From: a virus
Taxonomy: Duplodnaviria > Caudoviricetes
IMG/VR virus record: IMGVR_UViG_3300038620_000113
Coordinates: 1-60,912 of that record
DNA length: 60,912 nucleotides
Direction: 5' to 3' (one strand)
The notes under the pieces were generated by a model that was not told the origin of the DNA, made no database searches, and saw only the letters and a list, made by a program, of their open reading frames with translations. Positions 1 through 10,523 of the stretch are shown piece by piece (position 1 is the first letter of the stretch; each line of letters starts with the position of its first letter). The position numbers and the translations under genes were made by a program.

Positions 1-327
1 AAAACCAATCCCACAAATATATTTTTTAACAGCTATTAAATATGGCTTTATTATGCTAACTAAGTCTCTTAGTTCTTTACGATCCAAATCAAACTTTATA
101 TCTACTTGATCTAATAAAGTTTTAACATTATAAAATTTTGAACTTTTTACATCCAAAAAACTTGAAGATGTCAGATAAGAACTAAAAGTGTTATAAACAT
201 ATTCAGAACTAACTGTAAGATTAGAAAGTTTTTCGTATTCACAAAAACCAGTAAACTGCATTTCGGCAGGTAAAGCAGTTGAATACAATATAAAACATTT
301 TTTTATACAATATTCTGTACGTGCCAT
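1..327 (-). CDS. hypothetical protein, partial (runs off window start)
   Basis: ATG at 327, open frame MARTEYCIKK... to position 1; absent from ORF track. Confidence 0.55.
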   Translation of the reverse strand, partial: MARTEYCIKKCFILYSTALPAEMQFTGFCEYEKLSNLTVSSEYVYNTFSSYLTSSSFLDVKSSKFYNVKTLLDQVDIKFDLDRKELRDLVSIIKPYLIAVKKYICGIGF

Positions 328-344
328 ATATTTTTTTCATATAA

Positions 345-629
345 TTAAAAAATGAAAGATAAACTTCCTAACCAATCGCCAACTGCTAATCCAGCCAATG
401 AACCAGTTGCAGATCCTAATGAGTGTATAAACTTGTCTCTCCAACTGCTTATTGCAATATTTGTGACGTTATAACACCAAACAAGACTTATAGCCAAACC
501 AACAAAAAATACAAGTGAGTAAACTTGTTGAGCTACTAAAGATGTATTTAATACCACTAAAAATACTTCCATAAAACCAGTTACATACAACTTGTATTTA
601 GGGGCTGTAAATAATTTTTTATTTAACAT
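345..629 (-). CDS. small membrane protein
   Basis: 94 aa, about three hydrophobic segments. Confidence 0.6.
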   Translation of the reverse strand: MLNKKLFTAPKYKLYVTGFMEVFLVVLNTSLVAQQVYSLVFFVGLAISLVWCYNVTNIAISSWRDKFIHSLGSATGSLAGLAVGDWLGSLSFIF

Positions 630-705
630 GTTTATTCTAATAAAAGTTTAACATTAATCAGTATCTAACAGGGAAGCAATTATTAAAAGCGAAAAGTTCC
701 AACAG

Positions 706-1395
706 TTATTTCTTTTTCATGAGTTTTTTGTTAACTACATCATAACCCTCTACTTCACCAACATTTTCATAGTCAAATCCTTCAAGAACCGCAATTTTTT
801 GTTCTGGAAAATAACCATAAGTAAAGTAGTAACAAGCTTGACCTACTATTTCAGTAAATAAAGCTGGAAGTGCATCATTAGGAGCTAACTTTGCATGTAA
901 GTTATACGCTTTTATTTCACCACGAGTTCCAAATGGATGGTTTCCCCCAATGTGCACAATATAATCATGAACAGTTCTAAAAACTATATTATCTTTTACT
1001 GAAAAAACTGGATGGTCACTATAATCCATAGATATCATTATTCTATTGTTTTCTTCATAATCTTTTTTCATTTCTTGTTGTGTTTCATATGGATCTTCAT
1101 GGTAAATAACTGAATATTTTTCCCCCATAATATCTATTTCCGAAGGATTATTTTTATACTTTTCCTTTGTTGATACAAAAATAACATCAATTTTAGAAGT
1201 TAATCTTTTAAAAAACGTATAACATGAGTCAGAAAGTGATTTCCAATGTTTAACAGCACTGGGATCATATTTTGGTGCATTATGGTATGCTTCAGCTACA
1301 AGTCTTTTATAATATTTGTATCTTTTTAACACTAATTTTTCATCAAGCTGATTTTTATTTTCGTTTAAGTATTCACTAAAAGTTCTTAATTTCAT
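706..1395 (-). CDS. putative head-packaged protein with possible metal-binding HDxxxH motif
   Basis: leader MKLRTFSEYLNE; FRTVHDYIVH...GE...H...ALFTE..GQ. Confidence 0.55.
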   Translation of the reverse strand: MKLRTFSEYLNENKNQLDEKLVLKRYKYYKRLVAEAYHNAPKYDPSAVKHWKSLSDSCYTFFKRLTSKIDVIFVSTKEKYKNNPSEIDIMGEKYSVIYHEDPYETQQEMKKDYEENNRIMISMDYSDHPVFSVKDNIVFRTVHDYIVHIGGNHPFGTRGEIKAYNLHAKLAPNDALPALFTEIVGQACYYFTYGYFPEQKIAVLEGFDYENVGEVEGYDVVNKKLMKKK

Positions 1396-1540
1396 AAAAT
1401 TTTTTTATATTTATTCTGTACAAAAAAATATTTACATATCAATTCAAAACTTAACAAAAAATTTCAAAAATTAGATTTTGCTGTCAATACCCAATTCTTT
1501 ACTTAATAAAATTGGGTTTTTTATTTTTTACGTAAATATA

Positions 1541-2200
1541 TTAAATTTTATTCAATATATCTTTAGTTTCTTCTGCTATTTCTTGGTCTGATTCTGCATC
1601 AATAGGAATTGATTTAACCACTTTATTTTCTTTTCCAGTTACAATATCAGGCCCATGCACGTCTAAAATCAAATCTACGCAAAATCCACTATCACTTTTC
1701 CTACCACAACTTCTTACAAGAACAGAAAAATGGTAAATGATTTCTTTAAGTTCACCTAAATAATAATTTTCATAATCTTCATCACTCATTTCATCTATAC
1801 TTATATCTGTTCCCATTTCTCTATTGTAAAGATCAATTAATTTTTCTTCAATTTCATCAATGTTAAGCTCCCTATCGAAAGCTGTAATTCCAGTTCCCAT
1901 ACCTGTAGTAGCAAACCAAGCAGCATCTTGCATAACCGCTATACCTGTGTATACACCATCAAACAATTGATGGGCTTTACCTTTACTACCTTCAAAGTCT
2001 TCATCTTGTGCTTCGATTTGAGTTACAAGCCTCTCATACAAATCCTCCAAACTGTTTTGGATTTTGGGATTTGCAAATAAGTCTTCTCCGATAGCTTCAT
2101 TCACTCTACCAGCCCGGCGGCTTTCGCGAATTGGAGTTCTTCTGTTTTTACGGCTTGTGCCTATGATAAATTCGTTAAATGTGGGTAGTTTGCTTTTCAT
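1541..2200 (-). CDS. putative internal head protein
   Basis: leader MKSKLPTFNEFI; upstream AATAAATA. Confidence 0.55.
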   Translation of the reverse strand: MKSKLPTFNEFIIGTSRKNRRTPIRESRRAGRVNEAIGEDLFANPKIQNSLEDLYERLVTQIEAQDEDFEGSKGKAHQLFDGVYTGIAVMQDAAWFATTGMGTGITAFDRELNIDEIEEKLIDLYNREMGTDISIDEMSDEDYENYYLGELKEIIYHFSVLVRSCGRKSDSGFCVDLILDVHGPDIVTGKENKVVKSIPIDAESDQEIAEETKDILNKI

Positions 2201-2235
2201 AATTATTGTTTTTTTATATTTATTTTAATAAAAAA

Positions 2236-2263
2236 AATCCCAAAAGCTTATGCTCTTGGGATT
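2236..2263 (-). terminator. intrinsic terminator
   Basis: AATCCCAA..TTGGGATT hairpin followed by T-run on minus strand. Confidence 0.6.
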
Positions 2264-2285
2264 GTACTTTTAATAGTTAACGTTT

Positions 2286-3506
2286 TTAAAAACCAACTGA
2301 CTGTTGAGCCATTCCAACTGCTTTAGATGGATCGCCGTTAGCCTTTTTCCACAGGTCTTTTGCCATTTTGTTGGCTTCGTCTGGATCATATTCATCATCG
2401 CTTGAAATTGCATCCCCAAGTAAATCATGAACATAAGCAAAAAATTCACGTTTGTTACTAATTTTTTTTCCAGTTCTACCAACGTCTTCGTTAATATACT
2501 TTAAATCATATTCTTTTTTTTTACTTTCTGAAATAGCACCGGCACTATCTAAAGTCCAAAGAACTGCATCTTCAACTTCAACACCAAACTTTCTTGATGC
2601 TTTTTTAGCATCTCGCATAATATTTTCAAATCTATCACCTTGATCAGAAAATACAATATTCCCCTTTCCATCTTGAATTTCAAGACTTTGATGATTTCTA
2701 TCAATGTCAACATCATAACCCTTTCTATAATACATGTTAGCAATAGTTTTAATATCGTCTTTCATGGGATTTGCCATTTCATTAGTTTTACTTTCTGATT
2801 TTCCATAAACTTCATCCTCACCAAATGTTATGGTTCCATCAGATGCATCCCTGAACATATTACCAGTTTCCCAATCATAATCATCTTCATCTTCTTCATA
2901 TTCTAAGTCTTCAGGGTCATCATCAAGCCCATCCATATCATCATCCCTATAATCTGGTTCTTCTGGATCGGAATCATAATCATTATCATAGTCTTCAAAA
3001 TCGTCATCCTCTAAATCGTCTTCAAGTTCATTTCTTACATCAATTACATCAGCATGAAAATCATGACCACTATCATAACTTTGTGTAGAAGCATCGGTAA
3101 AGTCATCAATAACTTCAAACTGATCGCGTCTCAATTCATAACTTCTAAGTGTATCATAATCTTCAACATTGTGAATTACTTGATCAAAAGCAATACTATA
3201 TAGACCACGATAACTACCTTCAACATAACCTGTTTTTCCTACCATATCTTTAGGAACATCAGAATTTTGAAGAACCCTTACACGAGAACCAATATGAATT
3301 TTATCGTATTCATTATTTGGATAAATGTTACCATCATATGTTTGAGGAAAACGCTTTTTGGCTTTATCCATAAAACGATCTGCTTGTTTGTCTTGATGGT
3401 GATCAAAGCTTCCAACCTGCGTAAAGCCTTCCAAACCAGTGTAGTTTTCTTTCAAATAATCACCGAATGTTTTTATTTTGTTGTGAATTCTTTTATTTCT
3501 AGACAT
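2286..3506 (-). CDS. putative internal head protein, acidic, multi-domain
   Basis: leader KIKTFGDYLKE; KOW/SH3-like IGSRVRV..GKTGYV; long D/E tract; internal ESKTNE. Confidence 0.55.
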   Translation of the reverse strand: MSRNKRIHNKIKTFGDYLKENYTGLEGFTQVGSFDHHQDKQADRFMDKAKKRFPQTYDGNIYPNNEYDKIHIGSRVRVLQNSDVPKDMVGKTGYVEGSYRGLYSIAFDQVIHNVEDYDTLRSYELRRDQFEVIDDFTDASTQSYDSGHDFHADVIDVRNELEDDLEDDDFEDYDNDYDSDPEEPDYRDDDMDGLDDDPEDLEYEEDEDDYDWETGNMFRDASDGTITFGEDEVYGKSESKTNEMANPMKDDIKTIANMYYRKGYDVDIDRNHQSLEIQDGKGNIVFSDQGDRFENIMRDAKKASRKFGVEVEDAVLWTLDSAGAISESKKKEYDLKYINEDVGRTGKKISNKREFFAYVHDLLGDAISSDDEYDPDEANKMAKDLWKKANGDPSKAVGMAQQSVGF

Positions 3507-3543
3507 AGTTTAGTTTTTTTTTTATTTATTTATTTATTAAAAA

Positions 3544-4221
3544 TTAACTATCATTTTCATTTGAGTTTTGTGTTTCAGAATTTTGAAATTGTCTTTTATA
3601 ATTTTCTTGAACACGTCTTTTTATTATTTCAGACTTTATTTCTGCATCTGTATTACCAGAGACACAATCTTTTTCAGAAACATTATTACCAAATATAATT
3701 CTTCCATCTCTACGTTCACGTTGTGGTTGATCTGGAGTTGTAACATTAGGTGGAGGTGCAGCTTCTTCTTGTTTATTTTGTAAGAATTTTTCTCTGGCTT
3801 GATTCTTTGGATTAAATCTCCCATCTTGATTTGCCTCCTTAACACGTTGAGATACATTTTCAAGAGAATCTTTATTTGTTAAATCCTGAGGTTCAACTAT
3901 AAAACTTTGTAGTTCCTGTTTTTCAGGCATAAAAAATATATCACCTTCATCTATTGCAAAAGGATTTGAATAGTTGTTAAAAGCAAGCATCATATCAGTA
4001 ATTTCATCCGTATCATAAATAGATTTTGATACAAGATCAGGTCTCATTTGCAAACGATCTGAAACAAAAACAATATTTTCTAAATCTGCAAGTCTATTTG
4101 GATTGTAAGTGCTTCTAGTCATATCCACTTTTCCAAATCCACGTTCATAAGTAGATTGTTGACCCTGATCTTCTGTTTGTCCTATAAATGGTTTTGCTTG
4201 AAGTATTCTAAAACTTAACAA
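3544..4221 (-). CDS. baseplate wedge protein, gp53/LysM-like
   Basis: RPDLVSKSIY..MMLAFNNYSNPFAIDEGDIFFMP. Confidence 0.6.
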   Translation of the reverse strand: MLSFRILQAKPFIGQTEDQGQQSTYERGFGKVDMTRSTYNPNRLADLENIVFVSDRLQMRPDLVSKSIYDTDEITDMMLAFNNYSNPFAIDEGDIFFMPEKQELQSFIVEPQDLTNKDSLENVSQRVKEANQDGRFNPKNQAREKFLQNKQEEAAPPPNVTTPDQPQRERRDGRIIFGNNVSEKDCVSGNTDAEIKSEIIKRRVQENYKRQFQNSETQNSNENDS

Positions 4222-4234
4222 CTTTTACTTTTTA

Positions 4235-4876
4235 TTATTTATTTTGTTTTTGTTTTTTAGTAGACTTTTTAGTTTTTTTAGAAGACTTACTAGACTTTTT
4301 AACTTGCTTTTTTGATTTATCTTTCTTTTCAGTTTCAATTTCATTTTGTACATTTAAATCACTTTCTTTTTGTTCATAACTTATCCAAGAAAAATTGTAA
4401 TCTTCTTCAAGTGAATTATATTCTTTAATACTGTCATCTGAATTTAACTTTCTAAACGAACTATTTTTACCTATTCTAGCATAATTTAATCTATTGTTTT
4501 TCCAAAGATATATCCACTTCACACGGGGGTGTTGCTTACTTATATATTGAATAAATTCTTTATCATCTGAACTTTCATAAACTTTGTAAGAACAAGATTC
4601 TGTTGATTCCTTTAAATCACGAATTTTGTAAATATTTGAATCAAAGTGATAAACTGGACTTTTCACGTGTAAACTTAATGTATGTTCAACGCCATGTGAA
4701 TTATTTAGTTGGAAAAGATCACCACAATTTAATAACTCGGAAATGTTAGATTTACTGTTCCAATAATATAACAAGCGTCTACCAGTATTCCATATATCAC
4801 CATCTGTTTCACAAAAAATGTAATATATCTTCCCCTTTTCAAGTTTTGCAATAATTGACTGTTCTTGAATTGGCAT
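4235..4876 (-). CDS. conserved phage hypothetical protein
   Basis: YIFCETDG..G..L..Y..LLNCGDL resembles the common phage IYCHWDGY-type family; Lys-rich tail. Confidence 0.45.
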   Translation of the reverse strand: MPIQEQSIIAKLEKGKIYYIFCETDGDIWNTGRRLLYYWNSKSNISELLNCGDLFQLNNSHGVEHTLSLHVKSPVYHFDSNIYKIRDLKESTESCSYKVYESSDDKEFIQYISKQHPRVKWIYLWKNNRLNYARIGKNSSFRKLNSDDSIKEYNSLEEDYNFSWISYEQKESDLNVQNEIETEKKDKSKKQVKKSSKSSKKTKKSTKKQKQNK

Positions 4877-4908
4877 AAAATTAGTTTTAATTAAATTGTA
4901 AATTATTA

Positions 4909-5643
4909 TTATTGAACTAGTTTGTAAAATCTTTTCAATCTTTCTTTAAAGTCAAGATACTTTTGTTCTAAGTCATTAGAATCAAGCTTGTATTGTTGAA
5001 CAGTATCATTTTTTTCATTTGCTATAACTATTAAAGCATAATCAACATTAATATCATACAAATTCATAACTGCTTTATAGTAAGCTGAAATTTGAAGTTT
5101 ATAATCTTCAACCCACTCTTCTTTTTTGGGTGCTCTTGCATTCTTCCAATCTAATAAAAGAGTTTTACCTTCAATATCCTCTACCATAAGATCAAATTTT
5201 CCAGCATACCCGTAAACATTACCATTTTTTTCTATTTTATTATAAACCGTTTTTTCACTCATTATATATCTTGAAATATCATTTTGTATGTTTGATGCCA
5301 TTACTTTATCAAAAAGTGATTTTGCAGATCTTGCTGCAACTGGCCGTTCAAATTCATCTAAATGATTTTTATTTAAGTACAACATAATTTCATTGAAGTC
5401 TTTAAAACCATTCTTAAAGAAGATTTCAAGCCAATCATGTAAATAAGTTCCTCTTTCAGTTGACTCCTTTAATATTTTATCTGCCTCCTTTTCGCCAACT
5501 CTTTCACGCCACCTTTTAATAAAAGTGTCATCTTTCGTAACACTAAGAATAGTTGTAACAGATGGAAGTTCAAATTCATCTGTACTATAAAATCGGACGG
5601 TATTACCGTCCGATAGTGTTCTTTTTACTGATCTTGGTTTCAT
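4909..5643 (-). CDS. PD-(D/E)xK exonuclease
   Basis: PSVTTIL, RGT.LH, YAGKFD, LLDWK, YKLQISAY. Confidence 0.85.
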   Translation of the reverse strand: MKPRSVKRTLSDGNTVRFYSTDEFELPSVTTILSVTKDDTFIKRWRERVGEKEADKILKESTERGTYLHDWLEIFFKNGFKDFNEIMLYLNKNHLDEFERPVAARSAKSLFDKVMASNIQNDISRYIMSEKTVYNKIEKNGNVYGYAGKFDLMVEDIEGKTLLLDWKNARAPKKEEWVEDYKLQISAYYKAVMNLYDINVDYALIVIANEKNDTVQQYKLDSNDLEQKYLDFKERLKRFYKLVQ

Positions 5644-5679
5644 AATTTTAGTTTTAAGTAAATTATAGGTGTTGCGCTA

Positions 5680-6075
5680 TTAGCTAATTGTCATATCATC
5701 ATACACTTCATCAATTCCAACGCCTCTAACAGTTACCGTATAGGTTCCAGTCTCACCAGCCAAATCAGTAACATCACCAGGAATTGTATAATCAGTATCT
5801 CCTTCACTTTCTTTAAATACCAAACCTTGATCAGATGCATTGGAATCAATATCTACATCAATTGTAAAGGTTCGATAAAATGTGTTAGGAATAGATTGAT
5901 AGTGCTCGTCTTCATCATAACTGTTAACGGTTCCCTTAACATATAAAACATTTTGCAAATTGATGCCATTAGGACCAATAACAGTAAGTTCTGGTTGCTT
6001 ACGACCAACTTCAATTGTTTTGCCGCTTAGTGCTGCTTGTGATAGTATTTCTTGTAATAGTGTGCTTCTAGCCAT
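5680..6075 (-). CDS. hypothetical protein, possibly virion-associated
   Basis: 131-aa ORF, beta-rich composition. Confidence 0.5.
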   Translation of the reverse strand: MARSTLLQEILSQAALSGKTIEVGRKQPELTVIGPNGINLQNVLYVKGTVNSYDEDEHYQSIPNTFYRTFTIDVDIDSNASDQGLVFKESEGDTDYTIPGDVTDLAGETGTYTVTVRGVGIDEVYDDMTIS

Positions 6076-6099
6076 AGTAGTATGTTTTTTTTATCTGTT

Positions 6100-6429
6100 T
6101 TATTTATTATTTTCCTTTAAAAGACCTGAGTCCAAAGAAAGCTTTTGCATAATTTGATAAACATTTTTGAATTTAAATTCACTAAGATATGTTGCAAGTG
6201 AATTTAAAAACTGAAGTGAATAACTTTCATAACCACCCGAAAGAACAGTTAAAAAATATGAGTGAAGTTGTACATCATTATTTGTTTTAAATTGAATTTC
6301 AGGATTTTTTTCAACATTTATAAATTCTAAGACTTCTTTTCTAAGACTTTCATCCATTTGATACATTTTTTGATCTTCGGGAACACTTTGTTGTTCTGCT
6401 TGTTGTTCTGTTACTTGTTCTTTTACCAT
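6100..6429 (-). CDS. hypothetical protein
   Basis: ORF with upstream TAAATA and A-rich leader. Confidence 0.55.
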   Translation of the reverse strand: MVKEQVTEQQAEQQSVPEDQKMYQMDESLRKEVLEFINVEKNPEIQFKTNNDVQLHSYFLTVLSGGYESYSLQFLNSLATYLSEFKFKNVYQIMQKLSLDSGLLKENNK

Positions 6430-6464
6430 AATTTTTACTTTTTTTGATTATTTATTTGATTTAT

Positions 6465-7547
6465 TTACTGAATATCACCTGTAGCCTCTTTATAAAGCTT
6501 GAGGCAAGAAGCTTTAATTTTTTCAGAAACGTTTCCAGATTCTGTTTCAAATTTTTTAGTGTTTTTGTCTACGTACTTATATATATAATCAATAACAGAA
6601 AAATTTTGTTCAATTGTTTGACTTTCGTTTAGTGCTTCAACTTCACTGGTTGCTGTGTCTGGTAAAATTTGTATTGATCTAGCACTTTTGAAAGTTTCAT
6701 TAAGATTTTCAATAGGTATATCTACCTCTTCAAAATTTTTAACTTTTATATCAACAAAATTATTATTAAAAAGTTCTTCTATTTCATCGGTTGTTTTACT
6801 TTTGTATTCATCATAAGTTATTTGAATATATTTAGGGCTTCTTTCATTTTTATAAAAGTAAATTTCATCTGTATCAAAATTTAGAATATGGTACCCTTTA
6901 GGATTATCAGCATCAGAACGTGTTAATTCATAAGGTGTTCCTAAAAACTTAATATTGTCATAATCTTGCTTAAAATGAATATGACCAGTAAGAACCTTCT
7001 TAAAATTTTTGAAAGCACTTTTATCTTTGCCTGTACTTATGTTAACATCTTTATTAAACTTAGCACCCTTAACATCACTATGGCAAAACAGGTAATCCCC
7101 ACTTAAACTTTTAAGAAGATTAACTTCTTGTTCATATGTGTTTTGCCAGCCCATGAGGCACAAAGTCTGTTCTTTACTACCAGTTAAATAATCATAGTTG
7201 TATATGATATTTATATTAGGTAAATTTTCTAATAGAACTAAAGAATTAATATCGTTTGATGCACTCTTGTATATATCATGATTTCCTATAACAATATAAA
7301 CAGGTAATAAAGAACTAAGCTTCTTAAAAATTTTCAAAGCCTCATTCATTACTAACAAATTAAGAGAATTTCTATTGTCAAAAACATCTCCACAGTGAAT
7401 AAGAGCGTCACCCTCTTGATAATTGTTTTCTAAGTCTGGAATAAAAGTATTCCAAAAGTAATCATTTTGTATTTTAACCCACTCGGTTTTATTACTTTTA
7501 ACCCCAAAGTGAGTATCAGTTATTATCCATGCTCTTTTAATTTTCAT
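6465..7547 (-). CDS. recombination endonuclease subunit (T4 gp47/Mre11/SbcD-like)
   Basis: DTHFG, GDVFD, GNHD, HSD, GHIH metallophosphoesterase motifs. Confidence 0.9.
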   Translation of the reverse strand: MKIKRAWIITDTHFGVKSNKTEWVKIQNDYFWNTFIPDLENNYQEGDALIHCGDVFDNRNSLNLLVMNEALKIFKKLSSLLPVYIVIGNHDIYKSASNDINSLVLLENLPNINIIYNYDYLTGSKEQTLCLMGWQNTYEQEVNLLKSLSGDYLFCHSDVKGAKFNKDVNISTGKDKSAFKNFKKVLTGHIHFKQDYDNIKFLGTPYELTRSDADNPKGYHILNFDTDEIYFYKNERSPKYIQITYDEYKSKTTDEIEELFNNNFVDIKVKNFEEVDIPIENLNETFKSARSIQILPDTATSEVEALNESQTIEQNFSVIDYIYKYVDKNTKKFETESGNVSEKIKASCLKLYKEATGDIQ

Positions 7548-7571
7548 AAAACGGAACTAAAAGTGAAACAA

Positions 7572-8051
7572 TTAAAATAAAGATCGAATTTTTTTCTTAG
7601 ATAAAACACCATACTTTTCATCTAATTCTTTAATAAGATTTTCTTTTTCATTTACGTGAATATATTCATAAAGTTTTTCATAACTTATATCAAAAATTTT
7701 TGTAATAGAATCGAAAATATCAATTTTTGAATGAAAAGTATTTGAAAACTGATTAACAACTTCTGAGTAAACTTCACCCATATAAGATTGATTAATTTTA
7801 TTTGATTTTAATCTAGGTGTATTTTCATTAGTTTCTTCATGATTTAAATCGGATGTACTAGTAACGATATATTCACCCCACTTAGAATCTATAAGATAGT
7901 TGTATATATCATTAATCAAATTTTGTTTTAATGTATATTCATCAAAGTTTTTTTCTTTTTCTAAAAATTCGCTTTCATAATTTGAATCTACAGAAGGCAT
8001 TGAATTGGAACCGGACTGCAAAAAGTCTTCGAATTGGTCTTCATTTGACAT
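7572..8051 (-). CDS. hypothetical protein
   Basis: ORF within replication operon. Confidence 0.6.
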   Translation of the reverse strand: MSNEDQFEDFLQSGSNSMPSVDSNYESEFLEKEKNFDEYTLKQNLINDIYNYLIDSKWGEYIVTSTSDLNHEETNENTPRLKSNKINQSYMGEVYSEVVNQFSNTFHSKIDIFDSITKIFDISYEKLYEYIHVNEKENLIKELDEKYGVLSKKKIRSLF

Positions 8052-8072
8052 AATTATTTTTTCTTTATTTAT

Positions 8073-9497
8073 TTAAGAAAATCCAAATGATTTTTCAATA
8101 TCAGCATGATCGTCATCTGAACCCAAATTTTCACCTTTGGAATTCGAATTATTAGAACTGGACGTTAAAGATGGCGTGGTCTGTGAACTCCATCTAACTT
8201 CATTTGTTTCTGTAAACCTTAAATGATTTTCTTGAAGTTTAAACATTGCTTTGGATTGCTTACTTCCCGAATCTCTTGTTTTTACAATTTGTAACCATGA
8301 TTCATTTTCATCGGCTTCTTCATCTGCTTGTTGTATTCCAATAAGGGTATCCGCTGTTGCAGCAACTCCAAATGATTCAGCAATATTAGTCATATCAATA
8401 GTTACTTTTTCACCAGATGACCTGTTAAGTTGTGTTGCTGTAACTACACAATAATTATTTTCAACACCTATGCCTCTTATTTCTTCAGATATTCCCTTTA
8501 CTTTTTCATACATTTGAGCCTTATCATTACCAGCATATCGCATAAGATTAATATAATCTAAAACCAAAACATCTATATTCACATTATTAACCTCTTCTAA
8601 CTTTTTAAGATACGATTCTAAGTTCAATGGGGTTGTTTTTGAAGTTGGAAATTGTTTAACAAATAAACTGCCAGGTGGTGTAAGTGGGTTACTTGTTTTT
8701 AATTGATGTAATTTATTTTTAACCTTATCAGTATCTTTAGACCATTCATCATAATTATAAATATCTACATTAAACAGATTCGATCCAACTCTTTTCATAA
8801 CTGTATGCTCTCCCATTTCTAAAGTGACATAAACACAATTTTTTCCACTTTTAATATAATTAGCAGTTATATTGCATAACCAGTTAGACTTTCCCACATT
8901 CGGAAGTCCTAAAAATAAATTAAGTGTACCCTTTGCAAACCCACCATTAAAAGCAGTATCAAGAAAATAAAATCCAGTTGGCAGTATTTCAGAATATTCA
9001 TCTGGTTTATGATCTTCAGCATTAAAAAAGTCTTTGCCGTAATCAAAACTTAAATCAATACTATAACCCTTCTCTAATTCGCGTTTTACATCCTCTTTTA
9101 ATTGTGATAAATTTTCAGGTGTTATTTCCCTGCTCTTTATTATTTCTATTGCATTTACAAAATGTTCATCAAAGTGGTTATATTCTATCCATGACTCTGC
9201 ATTTTCTTTGAGCCAATTTGGGTCTAACTGATTTAAGTCATATTCAAATATTTTTTCAATATGTGATTGATCAAGGTTTTTGTACTTATCTTTGCTTTTT
9301 TTAAGTTGTGTTACATAACGTATTGTTTGTTCTTTTGTTGGAATATTACGATACTTATAGTAAAATTTTTTATTAATACTGTAAGTCAATTTAATTTCTT
9401 CATCTTGAAAATAGTCTTCTTTAACATAATCAAAGTATTCTGGATTTTTACGTATGTAATGTAAAAAGATTTTTTCAAAATTTGTGTCACTTGTCAT
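8073..9497 (-). CDS. replicative helicase (T4 gp41/DnaB-like)
   Basis: GLPNVGKS Walker A, TLEM, LDYINL, TATQLNR, AESFG. Confidence 0.93.
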   Translation of the reverse strand: MTSDTNFEKIFLHYIRKNPEYFDYVKEDYFQDEEIKLTYSINKKFYYKYRNIPTKEQTIRYVTQLKKSKDKYKNLDQSHIEKIFEYDLNQLDPNWLKENAESWIEYNHFDEHFVNAIEIIKSREITPENLSQLKEDVKRELEKGYSIDLSFDYGKDFFNAEDHKPDEYSEILPTGFYFLDTAFNGGFAKGTLNLFLGLPNVGKSNWLCNITANYIKSGKNCVYVTLEMGEHTVMKRVGSNLFNVDIYNYDEWSKDTDKVKNKLHQLKTSNPLTPPGSLFVKQFPTSKTTPLNLESYLKKLEEVNNVNIDVLVLDYINLMRYAGNDKAQMYEKVKGISEEIRGIGVENNYCVVTATQLNRSSGEKVTIDMTNIAESFGVAATADTLIGIQQADEEADENESWLQIVKTRDSGSKQSKAMFKLQENHLRFTETNEVRWSSQTTPSLTSSSNNSNSKGENLGSDDDHADIEKSFGFS

Positions 9498-9629
9498 TTT
9501 ATCACTCCATTTATTTTTTAATAAGTTATGTAAAAATATTAATTTTATTTATCTTCAATTTCTTCTAAGTAAATATGAACATTAAATTTAACAGGTTCTG
9601 CTCTAAGTTCTGAACTTTCAAGTTTTGAA

Positions 9630-10520
9630 TTAAAGTATTTTATTCATTCTTAAAAGTTCTTGACAACGGGGATTAATCCATATAGATTCCGTTCTGGCAG
9701 CATGTTTTGTAGCTGATCCTTTTCCTTGTAATTTACTTCCTTTTATTTTTCCAGCCATACTAGAAGATGTTGCAAAATCAAATCTTTTCCAATTACAATC
9801 TTCTAGTTGTTTATAAATTTCATTATTGTAACCAGATAGGGTTACTGAACCTTCAACTTGTAAAATTAAGTTAATCAATTCTTGGTGGTGGTTGTTGGTC
9901 ATTTCGTGTTTATATTTTTCGCTTTTTCGTGTGGATTCAACATAAGGTGGATCAAGATAAAATACTGTATTTGGACTATCATATTTTCTAATAACTTCCA
10001 AAGCATCTTGATTGTACAAATAAGTATTATTTAATCTTTGGTGCCACTTTTCAAATAGATTTTGGTGAGCTGTCCATTTTGAAGATACTTCCGCCATATT
10101 TTTTGTAGAAGCTAATACGGCCCGACCCCAATCACCTTCACTTTTACAGTACATTCCACCAAACCCTTGGTTAAACATAATATAAAAAGCCCAAAAACGT
10201 TCTAACTCATTATTATAAAGTTCTTCATTCCAAAACCATTTCAAACATTTAGCAAATTCTTTACGTGAGTAAAAAGTTTGGTTAATGATCTTTTCCATCT
10301 TTTGATAGTCATCCCGTAAAATTCGATAAAGATTGATTATATCAGAATTAAGTTCATTAAGAATTTCGGTTTTTACTGGATTTCTATAAAGAAAAAGGTT
10401 GGCTGCACCTGCATAAGGTTCTACATAAACATTCGTTCGAGGAATGAATTTGTTTATCTTAGTCTTATGATTTCCTTTACCTCCCATATAGCCAAAAGGG
10501 GGAATTAAATCTTTTTTCAT
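9630..10520 (-). CDS. DNA adenine methyltransferase (Dam/D12 class), copy 1
   Basis: YMGGK, EPYAGAA, YLDPPY. Confidence 0.92.
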   Translation of the reverse strand: MKKDLIPPFGYMGGKGNHKTKINKFIPRTNVYVEPYAGAANLFLYRNPVKTEILNELNSDIINLYRILRDDYQKMEKIINQTFYSRKEFAKCLKWFWNEELYNNELERFWAFYIMFNQGFGGMYCKSEGDWGRAVLASTKNMAEVSSKWTAHQNLFEKWHQRLNNTYLYNQDALEVIRKYDSPNTVFYLDPPYVESTRKSEKYKHEMTNNHHQELINLILQVEGSVTLSGYNNEIYKQLEDCNWKRFDFATSSSMAGKIKGSKLQGKGSATKHAARTESIWINPRCQELLRMNKIL

Positions 10521-10523
10521 AGC

